From contig NOWV01000114.1 in assembly GCA_003344405.1 (NCBI GenBank), positions 62,001-126,000 of the forward strand: a stretch of DNA of 64,000 nucleotides, written 5' to 3'. The notes beneath the pieces were generated by a model, which saw only the letters and a list, made by a program, of their open reading frames with translations, had not been told where the DNA came from and searched no databases. This document shows positions 46,601 to 59,134 of the stretch, piece by piece. The position numbers and the translations under genes were made by a program. This DNA is from Trichoplax sp. H2. Lineage: Eukaryota. Position 1 is the stretch's first letter. Every line of letters begins with the position of its first letter.

Positions 46601-48224
46601 AACAGCAGCTGACCGGTATTGTAGAGCAGAAGATTGGCATAAACGATTTCTTTTAAGATTTACATAAGTTATGGTATGACTTTAAATTACACGGTAATAA
46701 TATAATTGATCACATCCTAACGCTATCGAGCAAATACTCTTCTAAATGTCTATCCGCAGAATACGCACAATTCGTATGACCAGAGATCATAGTAAAATAT
46801 CACTCTCACCTTCGAGCATTGTAAATTTCATCCTCACTGCTATCGCTGAGTGAGGAAGTTCGCACATGAAGAGGAACAGTACTGAGTATTGGTGAACCGC
46901 TATTAGTAAGAGCAACTGGCGTAGAAGACGATAAATGAAGACCAGAAGACATTTGGCGTGCAGTTAATGGTGATTCTCCGGAGTTATTTGCATTCCAGAT
47001 TGGTATAGGGCTATCAGTCAAAGAGACCAGGATATCATTAAAACTATCATCGGGTCTGTTATAGCTAGAATGGATCAATCTAAAGAAAGGCAGACATAAG
47101 GATCGGTTTGACATGTTAGAAAAACTAAAGCTGTGGAGTAAATTGCTATTAAGTTCTAATAATACCAGTGTACAGTTTAGAGCGTGCGTACCTGCGACTA
47201 CTACCAGCTGTGTGTGTGTATGTAATTTTTTGTGTTGGAGAGAATAAATTGGGGGATTTCGTATATGACATTAAAGAAGATGGTGTTTTATCATCTGCAA
47301 TGAGTTGAGAATTTTTTGGTGTTTCGTCATTGTGATGGTTATAACAGCTTGTTTTATTTTCTTTGCATGAAGTGTCTTTACAATTTCCTTGGATTTTAGA
47401 TATTTAAAATCGAATACAAATAAAAATTATTCTTAGAGAAAGATTTCAATGGAAAGGGGATATAGCTAAATAGTACTCAAATACTAGCAAAGTATGGTAG
47501 TCATTTATTTGAAATCATGTAAGTTTTGGATAAAACAAATCTAAGCATACTTTCACAAATCATCATAGATGACAAACGGAAAATCTATACTCACTATGAC
47601 TGGATTTTCTAATAAAAGCAACTAATTTTCACACATACAGTATATTCTTTCTTTCAAACCAAACAACGGAATTTTACTTTCCCAACAACTATAACGCGAT
47701 CACAACTGAAACGTCGCCAATTCAGTCAAGGAAAGCAAAACGCTGCTATTTAGAACTTAACTGTAAATGATTTTTACGGTATTGGGACAATGGATAATAA
47801 AATTTAGCCATACCATAAAGTAATAGTAAACCATGGTTGAATTACTGCGCTCGTTGTAACCTTACTACCACTCAAGTTAAATTATACATGAATTCCTTTA
47901 CACTGTCAAGTAAATAAATTACTTTTATGTATCTATTTACAATGCGGTCAGCATGTAAAATTCTATATAGATACGACATATGATTACATGAATAAAGTTA
48001 GTGTATTGGTGGGCTTACTAAACTATAAACAGGATATAAGACTGTAGTTTATCATTGTTGTACATGCTCTAGTTGGTCAGCGATACTGTACCTTCTGTTA
48101 ATTGTCGGCCAAATGTGAATAGATAAGATTCGATAGGCATATCTTCACTGTCATCAAATTCAATCTTATTACTAGGTACTATTTGCATCTGTTGACATCT
48201 ACCGCTGCGGTATGAAAAATCCAT
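37653..48224 (-). CDS. BRCA2: BRCA2 ortholog: N-terminal region, one large BRC-repeat exon (~42850-45545) and C-terminal helical/OB/tower DNA-binding domain
   Basis: Six FxxAxG-type BRC repeats in ORF 42846-45521, and [10 protein letters not shown] near 46110-46150. DBD motifs include [89 protein letters not shown] and LTIWKPS. The start (48224) is inferred from an in-frame spliced ATG exon. Confidence 0.95.
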
Positions 48225-49099
48225 TTTACTTGTACGTCCTATAAAAACTTTAAATTTTTAGTGCAACATGCATTTTCTGGATTGTATACTACATTAATAA
48301 TAGCTACGCTCATAGTGATGCATCCATTTCATGAAAAGAATACAACAGCGCCGATTAATAAAATGAATGAACTTTAATTGTAAACTAGTACTCCGTGAAA
48401 TAACAATTTCTTACAATGAAACATACGCATAGATTCCAGGAAATTCCAAACTTATGACTGCATTTACGACTAACTCATACCCCTTCATTCGAAAGGGTGA
48501 TGTACTGGTTGTTACACTTAATATACGCTATGAGTTTCTTAAATTTCGATATGCATTAAAGCATTTACGTACTTACTAATTCTGCAGTGCACACTGTACA
48601 TTGCACAGCCTTCAGCACAAGTGCAATTAATCATGTCCGTCTTAGTTTTTTACCTTTTCAAGAAGACAATTGGGAATTCTACTATTCCAGGAACTTTTGA
48701 ACTTGAGTACAGTAGTTTGGGATCTTACTAAAAACTTCAATGTTGAATAATTCAATTACAGTATATCATCGGTCTGTTTGTTCTGCGGTAAATTTCATTT
48801 TCGTGGGGTTGTTTCGGCTGTCTTGAGATCGATTATAAACACATGTTTAATATTACTTTATTACTTCCTTTTTTCAGCACCGAGTGCATCAGATACTGTG
48901 TGATGCCATCAAAGTCGTGTTTCGAAAAATACATATAACTATGGTTAATCGAGATACTGTATACTGTACACTGTGTGCACTTGAATACTTGTGTCTTGGT
49001 GTAGACTTTTTAAGATAAAAGCTTTAGTAAAGGTTCATGACTTAAAGAGTAGTATAAAGTTTGTAATTTCCCGCCATTGTACGCCTTATAGACTTCATG

Positions 49100-49555
49100 T
49101 AGTGTGCACTGTGCAGTGCACTTTACAGTACCGTATTGTCAGTACGTAAACCGGTTATGATTAGCACAGCGAGTTAGTGTAAACACTGCATGAGCCAGTA
49201 CTGTACAGTACTCTAGTGTACTGTACAGTACTCTAGTGTACAGTACAGTACACGAGCCGGCGAGTAGCTGAGTCAAACACCCTACCGTATAGTACTGTAC
49301 AGTACAGTGTACAGTATAATACAGTACAGTACAGCAGGTGGTACTAGGTTATACAGTACTGTAGTGGCTACTCAATAACCGAGCCAGTAGCTTATTTATT
49401 TTTTTTATTATTACAGTACTGTATTAATCTTATATAGCATTCGGAGTGAATAAGAAGGAAAAAGCAAAGAATATTTCATTTAAATTTAATTTATCGCATC
49501 TCGTAGTGTACAGTACAAATCAGGTCTAAGTACAACAGTACAGTACAGTACATGC
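49100..49555. repeat. (ACAGT/ACTGT)n array between divergent BRCA2 and SBDS, with a 20-bp tandem duplication (ctgtacagtactctagtgta x2, 49201-49240)
   Basis: Directly visible. The array ends about 30 bp before the SBDS ATG (49581), and further copies occur in SBDS intron 1. Confidence 0.93.
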
Positions 49556-49580
49556 TAACACAGAATTCCTTGCAGTTAAA

Positions 49581-51265
49581 ATGTCAATTTTCACGCCTAT
49601 TAATCAGTTAAAATTAACGAACGTCGCGGTGGTTCGCCTAAAGCGTAACGGAAAGCGATTTGAAATAGCTTGCTATAAAAATAAAGTCATTTCCTGGCGT
49701 AATAAAGCGTGAGTACCATTTTTAGTACTATACGGTACAGTACATCATAGGCAGTAATTAATCAATCAAGATCTTGAAATCACTATACTGTACTGTACAC
49801 AATTATATATTATTAATTATAATCACAGTTTATCAAGTTCAACTTTTTTGCGTTGATTACTAAGAAATTTATTACGATAGTATTTTAGCACTAATCTATC
49901 ATATTATGTAGAACTGTACTTGCTATGTAGTAGGCACTCAGTATAAAATACAATAAAAGTATATTCTTTTGTGTCCTACCTGCAAGCTGTAAGCCATTAG
50001 CTCACTCAGTACAGACATTATTTTTGTAATGATGTTGATCTTTAGGAACATTTGCAACTACAAGCTACTGTGTATGCTATTTCTGACTCTTGCACGTTCT
50101 CTTTGTAGGGAAAAAGATATAGAAGAAGTACTCCAGACTCACTCCATTTTTATCAATGTTTCCAAAGGTCAGGTCGCTAAAAAAGAAGATCTTTTCAAAG
50201 CTTTTGGTACATATGACGATACCGAAATATGCAAAGAGGTTCATATTACTTAATGCACGTACGAGCTGAGCATTGCTTTTTAATTGATAAGCAGAAGTAT
50301 TTACAGAGTTATATCTTTTATAATGAAGAACATTCCTACATAACTTGCTTTAATTATTACATACGTACTATATGATACACTGCTACAATATATCACTTTT
50401 GTTAACTTTGTAGGTACAATTCTATTTTATCTACCATAGATTTTAATGAAAGGAGATTTACAAGTATCAGAGAAAGAACGTGCATCCCAAATTGAGACTA
50501 TGTTTCGAGAGATTGCCACTATAGTGGCTGATAAATGCGTAAATCCAGAAACGAAAAGACCCTATACTGTAAGTTTGATTGAAAAGGGAATGAAAGACAT
50601 CCATTACTCTGTCAAGACGAATAAGAATACTAAACAACAAGTATGTTAAGTTCTTTATCTTACTGAAAAAAACTTCGTTAAAAATTCGTATATATTGCTC
50701 AGTCAAGATACCTACTACTCGAAAGTAATCAATATTTTTCTTAAAGTTATCAAACGCAATACTAGTTGTTGAGGTCCAGTTTAACTTAAAATATTAGTTA
50801 TTCCCTACTGCTAAAGTTTAACCGCTATAATTCGTATTTACTAGGCCTTGGACGTAATCAGACAACTTAAAGAAAATATGCAGATTGAGCGTGCACAAAT
50901 GAGGTTACGATTAACTTTGACAGGTCGCGAAGGTAGGAAAGCTAAAGAGATCTTGTATCCGAAAATGGCCCATGTGGAGAAAGATGAGTGGGATAATGGA
51001 TCACTAGAAATTGTAAATTAACGAGACTTTAACATGCAAATTGCACAACTATTGTGTATACTCTTCTATGTCTTGGTTCGACAGCTAAAAATGTTTAGTA
51101 AATTTCTAACCGTAACAATTTATATACCTACTGCAGGTTTGCTTGATCGATCCGGGTCACCTGCGTTCATTTGACGAAACGGTAAGATCACTGACGAAAG
51201 GAAAGGGCTCAGTTGAGGTTTTAAATCTAAAAGACATTGAGGAAGGAGATGGAAAGTTGATATAG
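49581..51265 (+). CDS. SBDS: Ribosome maturation protein SBDS; 5 exons
   Basis: [36 protein letters not shown] / [28 protein letters not shown] / [11 protein letters not shown]...[11 protein letters not shown] / [10 protein letters not shown] / LIDPG...LKDIEEGD. Confidence 0.97.
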
Positions 51266-52746
51266 TTTTTACTTTATCTTAATTATAACTTACTATCATG
51301 CAAAACCTCACAACTACGAGAGAGTTATTTCTAAGTGCATATATGTATTCACACTTTTGTAAGATTGTATAAATATTTTGTTAAACAGAACAAAGTGGCG
51401 TATACGTAGATTATACGTTAGTGCCAAGAGACCTTAAAATTATGCCGTAATCTAATTATCTAATATCTATAGGTTGCAATTCGTAGTTATTTTAATGCCC
51501 CATGTGACTCAAATATGCAATATATAGTGTTCTATGCGCTTTTGAAGGTATACCTACTGTGCGTACCGTATATACGTAAATTGTTTAAATGAGTATACAG
51601 TATAGTAATATAATTATTATACTTTGTTGCCTACATTTTCTATACTCTAACATCATATGCTCGTAAAATTAATTCGGAGGAGAGTTTATAGCGTGCTGCA
51701 TTACGCGTATTAATTATACAGAAATGGGTAGTTCATTATAATGTGAATGTATCAAAAAATAAATATGTTTGCGTCAGCTCTTACCTCACTGTACATTCAC
51801 TGATGTTTACTTTTACTTTCAAAGGTAAAAACTGTACATCTAACTATAAAATTAAGAATTTAAATCAGATCTCTTGATCCTTACAATTACAGGCAACTAA
51901 ATTATAATAGTACAGAAAATATTACTGTACGAGCTTATATAATAAGATAAATTTACAAACTTATTACGAGTCGCCCCATCATCTGCATCTAAAATATGCT
52001 CAGATAGCAATAAACTACTTACTGTACAGTATTGATAAGTAGGTAAGTTATATCCAAGTACTTGACATATTAAACTCCGTCTGCAAGATATTCAGAACTT
52101 TGCTAAAATTACTTAATACTACAGTGCTTTAGAAACTATCAGTTCAATTGAGCGTCAAGTAGCTATGTCTTGATATCGTATGCCTTAAATTGTAAACTAA
52201 AAAAGCACAAGTACTTAGTCTGAAAATGTAACCAGAAGTCAAAAGGGGTCAACATTGATCCGCCAAAAGACTAACAGAACTGGAAATTTCAAATTAACTA
52301 GCTTAATATCCTGTCACTTTGCTGACATAGATATTATATAGTTCGTTTACGCTTTTAAATAACTATAATATAAACTGACGTTATAAGTTACGATCAGGGA
52401 TTGATAGTAATTGTGAAATATTAATCCTCGATATTAAATAATTATTAATAATTATTGTTATTATCATTATTAATATCAGTGTTCAGCTGTTGGTAATAAG
52501 TAATAATAACATTATCATTGGACTACTGTAATACTAATAATTCACTCAAGCAATATGACATTAAATGTCACTTAGTGCAAAAATTAAATTATGGATTTCT
52601 GTCCATGCTGTATATTCAGTAGGTAACACCAGGGACTCCTCACCACCCCCAGCTTCACAACAATTGAAATTACAGTAACATTGTGAAGCTGGACGGATAT
52701 CGTGACCTTTACTTAATTTGCATAGAGGAACCAAGTATGGCCTAAA

Positions 52747-52918
52747 TACAGTACAACGAAAGTACAGTACAGTACAGTACTATCAATGTAATGTGCGTAT
52801 GTGCTCACATGACTTTACCTTATTAATACCGTACAATGCTGTCGTGTACAGTGACCCACACTGTACTGTACTGTACTGTACAGTAGTTGCATGGAACTGA
52901 GTAATACTGTACTGTACT
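52747..52918. repeat. (ACAGT/ACTGT)n array upstream of CHFR
   Basis: A tacag run (52762-52780) is followed by an opposite-orientation ctgta run (52861-52883), about 185 bp before the ATG at 53103. Confidence 0.9.
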
Positions 52919-53102
52919 TCACTGTCAGTAAAAGTAAAAGTTATAACACCCGTGCCCCGCGAATGTATCAGGAACACTAACCGTCCTGTACCGCAACGAT
53001 GCGAGTCCGAACAAGTAAACAAAAACAAATGACGATTTAGCTATAAAATTCGAACCATAATATGTATATCTAGTGATCCATTGTTATACAATTTCAATCA
53101 AC

Positions 53103-56100
53103 ATGACATCGACGATCGTGAATGCCAAGCTAATCCCGATGACGGGTTGTAGCTCTGATATTATTGAAATTAATAAAGAAGAAATTACCATCGGCAGATT
53201 ACAAGGTATTACTATTAGACTTCATTTCAATATTTGTACGAGCAGTATCTATCGACTATCGTATGAAATGTTAGTGTATTGTAGTAAAATACTATATAAA
53301 TCGGAAGCGCGGAAAGTATCACGAGCTGGGCGTTTATATATAACGATACACTAGGCGTTCGACGACTTGACTACATATACTTCATTACGCGTTCACCAGA
53401 TTAATGGAGTATTACAGTAACTGCTGTAACATACCGTAGATTGACTCGATCATTGGATTTGGAAATCCAGTTTAAATAAACAAGTCCATTGCTGAAAGCG
53501 TTACGATTCCCATAATTGCTCAATGAAATTGTATGTAAATAACGATATTATTAAACTGTAGGTCGACTAAAGTTTAGTATACGAGTATGCATAATACTGC
53601 ATTAATTGATCTCCTTTTAGAGTTATACTGACTAGTGGAACGCATATGACAACTTAATAATTACGTCACCTTACTGTAACTAATTATCTGATTCCTGCTA
53701 AGTAGGCCAATTGATTATTCGATTTTATCTTGTGTACAAATTTGAATTAAAGTAGAATTGTCTTGCTAGAGTGCGATGTGAAAATCTTGAACAATCCGTT
53801 CGTCTCTAGCCAACATTGTAAGTTGGTTAAAGATCCAGATATTGGAGAAATCTGGCTTGTAGATTTAAGGTGAAGATCGGATATTTACTTTCCTACGCTT
53901 TCTCTTATCCTGACTCTGCTATTTTTTGTAATAAGATTTCCAAAATATTAACTTTTTATATTAACAACTAAACGTGAATTTAGTCTTTTTACTTGTGCGC
54001 ATATTTCTGTAGTGAAAACGTTACGGGAATCTACATATATGTGATTAATATGTACAGTAGTTGAGTAGTCCTAAAATAACTAATTGGATGTATATCCATA
54101 TATACGTGTATACTTATATATAATTAATACGTAGTGCTACCATCACATTTAGATACAGCACTGTATCCTAACATGATGTTATATAAATTAATATATATTT
54201 AGAGATAGCATATATCAAACGTGTGTTCTTTACAGTATAGCTGGGAGTTGGATGCAATGAATGAGTTAGGTAGTACTTTGATGCTTAAATAATTCAAAAA
54301 AGTTGTGTTAATACACAATTATTACTTTTTAAGTTGACTATGTCCGAAGTAGATTAACTCTCGGTCGTTTCGGGTTGTTTATCACAATGAAGTTCTACAA
54401 ATGAGGCTTGTTTGAAATTTTCGAATTTTTTAGGGTTGCCGTATACTATGTATATAATTTCTTATTAGAACCTACTGAAGCATGTAATTGACAATTCTCT
54501 TTTTACAACATTTTGGTATATAAATTTTAGTAAGAACGGAACAGTAGTTAACAGTAAAAAATTGCGAAAGGGACAGGTACGGTTCTAAAGTATATGGACT
54601 GTTAAATTAGAGATATTAAACTGTAAATTCAAATTTTTATGTTTACGATAACGGTTCTATTTACTGTATACTTGATACTGGTAATACTCCACTACGTTTA
54701 CGTTTATAATACTAGTATATTGTAATTATTGTTCTTAGCGTGCAAAATTAACAAGTGGCGATGAAATTAAAATTGTCTTAAGATCCGATAAACAAAACTA
54801 TAGTAAGTCTGTAACTGGTGATCCTTAAATGAATTTATAAACCTATATTATGCTATGACTTGTTCCTTCTGTACGGTAGAACATTTAAGTTAATACGCCT
54901 TAGTGAGGTAAGATCTAGCAGACTATTTCATAATATGATTTCGAATTAATTGTTATATGAAACTTCATAGCCATAATACTACTCATGATATTACTTGGGT
55001 TACAGTTATCATATGCTGAATAGGTTTACGTGTACAGTAATTGAATTCGATCAGCAATCAATCATCGTTAACATTACTTTGTACAAATTGCTGATATACT
55101 GTACTACATTATGCTAGTGAATATCCTATAGAATTAATGTACTAGTATAGTCCGTGGATGTTGCAAATTTCTTTCTTGGTTCAATGGACTATCGTATCGG
55201 TAATCCTTATATCGCATGTCATTAATATTCCCTAGACGTTTCTTACTTATATGAAGAGGTAAAGTCTTTTTCTGAAACTCTGGAATACAATGATTATCTT
55301 GAAGGTTTGCTATTCAACTCATAAGATGAAATATTCGACTCGTTACTTCGGCCATCGCATAATTACTAATAAGAAATTATTTCAAGTGTTGTCAGCGTCG
55401 TTTGTTAAAGCGACATTTGAAAATTATTTTAGTTCATTTTTAAATTCATTAACTTAAAGTTTCAGCTTCTACGTAAGATTGCATTTAATTCGTGTACTGT
55501 TTAATATTGTTATAGATGAAGGCCTCGAATTTAATCCAAAGAAAAGGCTAGCAGATCAGGTTTCTAACCTTTTATACTTTAATGTTATCTATGGAGTTTA
55601 AATTCTGTATGTGTCGATCTAAGCTGAACTAGATTACTAATTTTATGTATCTTCCATTGTTATCGTTCATTGCAGGATTTAGAAAGCAACTTAAATAAAA
55701 AAATCAAACAGGAGGTAAAAGAAGTTTAGAATGTTTTGATAGCAGAAGTTGTTTGAAAACAGGAAATACGAGCTATTGCTTTGTTGCAGTAATCCTTTTC
55801 TTCTTAGTTTACTTCTTATGTCAGTTATGATGTCATGTTTTATAAATGTATCTCTACGCAGTCTGCAACTATTCTCTTTCGCATTAACTGCAATATTTTC
55901 ATATATTATAACATTTTTAGAGCGATGTAGCTTTACCGGAAAAGATGCTTGACGTAGATAACAGTAGAAAATTACAACCTGAGACATTAGTTCCCCAACC
56001 AGAAGTGACTGAGGACACTACAAAAATCGCTCCAAACTCTACTCTTTCAAATGTTGGACAGGACATGTTAGAAAACTTGACTTGTGGGATCTGTCAGGTA

Positions 56101-58182
56101 AATCTAGTGAACAAATTACTCTTGTTTAAATGAAATTGTACGGAAAAACCTGATGGGTATTTTCATTAAGTTTGAATTCAATCTAATTTAGGATCTACTG
56201 CATGATTGCATTAGGTAAGCGACCACTAAATATTTTCTATCAATAAATACATATATAGTCAGGTTATTTATTCAGTGAGGTTACCAATCCAAGCAATCGA
56301 TTAAATTTTTAAAATAAAAGTATATTTAAATTTTGTAATTTTCTCTGGCCCAAGTTTGCAACCGTGTTTACATTGCTTTTGTTCTGGATGTTATTCTTCG
56401 TGGATGAATCAATCTAATAACTGTCCCGCCGTAAGTAAACATTCATCTTTAAGGCTTTACCTTTCTAATATTCCAGCACTTACAATTCGCATTATTTTTC
56501 AGTGCCGAATTACTGTAGTTCAAATTAGTCGAAATCATATCATAAATAACTTAGTAGATGCTTACGTAAAACAATACCCTGAAAAAAAACGAAGCGATGA
56601 AGATATTGAAGATTTGAATGCAAAAAATAAAATCACGAGAGAAATGCTTGATCCGCAAAAATTTATTAAAAGAGCACGAAATCAATTTGGCTTCACATAT
56701 TACGATAGCGAAGGGTCGAATGTTGAATCTTACGATGGTGATAGCTCAGATGAGGAGTAAGCGAACTTTATTCGAAATATACGTTTTCTAGCCCCTACAT
56801 TTATTTAAAAATTAATTATTATTTCGCCGTTTCCCTTCGATATCTCATATTATAGCGAAAGATGTAGGCAATGTCCAGGGAGAATGTCGTACACCAGTGT
56901 AGCAGCTGATGATGGCTGCAACAGCGTTACCATTTCCAGCAACACATCAGGTTTTACTTGTAACCTTAATACAATTCATATTTCATGCCAATGTTGCTTT
57001 GAGCTTCTGCCTGATCGAAGATCAGAACCGATATCAGATCGAAGGCCACCTGTTCAATGTAAGCAATACGTTTACTATAGCTATGGAGCGTATTGTCTCT
57101 CACTTGGAAAGAATTAATAATTTGCATCGCTTCAAACTATTCAGGCGAACACTGTTCCGGAGTTTATTGCAATATGTACTGGAGGTGCAATGGAGCTTCT
57201 TGTGTTGGATGCCTATCTCGATTTAAGGGTATGTACAATGCGAGGATATTCTTGTTATCTGTTTTGTCGACGTAGTAGCGCAAAATAAGATGGTAATTGG
57301 TAATATAATTATAAGCTGACTAATGACATTGCTACTCCCCTGATTACAGACAAGGAATTTAAGGAAGAATGGCTGAGAGAATTAATCAGTGGCAACGTAT
57401 ATGAAACTGACATCTTGATGGTAAAAAATTCGATTTAGATGATATTAAATGAAAGAGCTTTATTACAATACTTCTATCGGTTATCCTTATATCTTTAAAT
57501 ATCGGAATTGCTTTTATCTAGAATTACCTAAATGACAACCATTTGACTATTTCGGATATGACAAAAACGATCTGTAGTAGACTAGCTTCGAATGAGTATT
57601 CAACAAGTAAGAGATAATTTAAGCTACTTCAATTAAATTATAGAGAGTAAGCCACGTGTTCAATATCTTTCATGGTTTGTAGTAATTGATTAATAAAGTT
57701 ACTATAATTTTTAGCCATTGTATCAGCGAATTTTTCTATCGAGCAAGCATTATGCCATCGTTGTTCTATTTCCGCTTTGCGCCCTTTGGCTTATTGCTAT
57801 CGAAATGATATCCCGAATACTGAATTACCTGGTAGTGATTAGATATTTGAAAAATTTTTTTACTTTATGAATTAAATTTTATTGGACTTATTCAGTTTAA
57901 GAATATGTTATTGCAATTTTGATTACTGTATGCGTATAGCTGAAGTAACTCGCCGCCCTAACTGTTGGTATGGGAAAGAGTGTCGTACGCAAAAAAACAG
58001 CTTGGCACACGCAAGGTAACGAGATAGATGTATCACCATCTATAACACTTATATAAAGGGGTCATCTTTAAATTTTAAATTAAATTTTAAATCTTATTGG
58101 CCAAATTTAACTGTTTATCTTCATTACAATATTTTGCTATAGAAATTATAATCATATCTGCGAAAATATGAGAGGGAAATAG
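53103..58182 (+). CDS. CHFR: E3 ubiquitin ligase CHFR (FHA, RING, Cys-rich region, PBZ); about 18 exons
   Basis: FHA motifs ITIGR, VSSQHC and DLSKNGTVVN. RING LENLTCGICQDLLHDCISLQPCLHCFCSGCYSSWM...CPAC, then RNHIINNLVDAY. Cys-rich CQCCFELLPDRR, and C-terminal PBZ RPNCWYGKECRTQ...HARNYNHICE. Confidence 0.95.
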
Positions 58183-58399
58183 ATCGTAAACATTGAAGAT
58201 CAATGTAACTCGAAATGTCAATCCTATGATATTGTTTTGTTCTTATCTTTTTGATGAATCAGTTATTGAGTCAGCATCAATAAATTCTGACTATGGCCCG
58301 AGTTGTGGGCACGTTTTAAAATAAAATTCGAATTTCATAGTGGTTTAGTATTTAGTGAATAGCGATCATGATATAATGCACGTCATGATTCATTTAGAC

Positions 58400-59050
58400 T
58401 GTATACGGTATTCTCTGTACATGAAGTCTCTACTGTTCAGTGTACTGTACACTATACAGTACTTGTACTGTACTACACGTGTACCTGCACGCGTATTAAG
58501 TCTAAATGTGCGATCCACTGTTTCGAAAACGTTCTTCGATACCATTAAAAGTCATTTAATTTAATTAATTTAATTTATTTAATTAATTTAAAGCATCACA
58601 CGATTTTTGTACTGTACAGTACAGTACAGTACACAGGATAATACAGTACAGTATACTGTATATCTTGTCAGCTATGTCTTACTTGAGAATAAATAAGTTG
58701 ATAAGGTTTCGTATACACTGAGCTCTCTTATCATACAGTACGCTGAGGCTGTACTGTATGCGACATACTTTGCAGTTGTTATCTACAGATGTACTGTACT
58801 GCACTCAGTGCACTGTACTGTATAAACAGTCATGGACTACTACTGTACAGTGTACAGTACAGGACAAAATGGGACGTGGAAGTGAAGTGAAGCGATGAGA
58901 TGAAACAGGATAGGACATACTGCACCGTCGTTCACCAGATGTTGCAGACCTCTGCTGCATAGTACAGTACACTGCAAGGGCACGTGTATGCTACACTGTA
59001 CAGTACAGTATTGGACTACGCATGTGACACATACAGTGTATGTACAGTAG
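58400..59050. repeat. (ACAGT/ACTGT)n array upstream of TYW1, with an embedded AT-only tract (58555-58590)
   Basis: Dispersed but dense tacag/ctgta and tgcac variants end about 85 bp before the ATG at 59135. Confidence 0.9.
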
Positions 59051-59134
59051 TAGTCAATACTCACTCAATACTTATTCAACCACGAACCCGTGTTATGCAG
59101 TGCAGAAACAAGTTACGTGTTAACATTAATCGAG

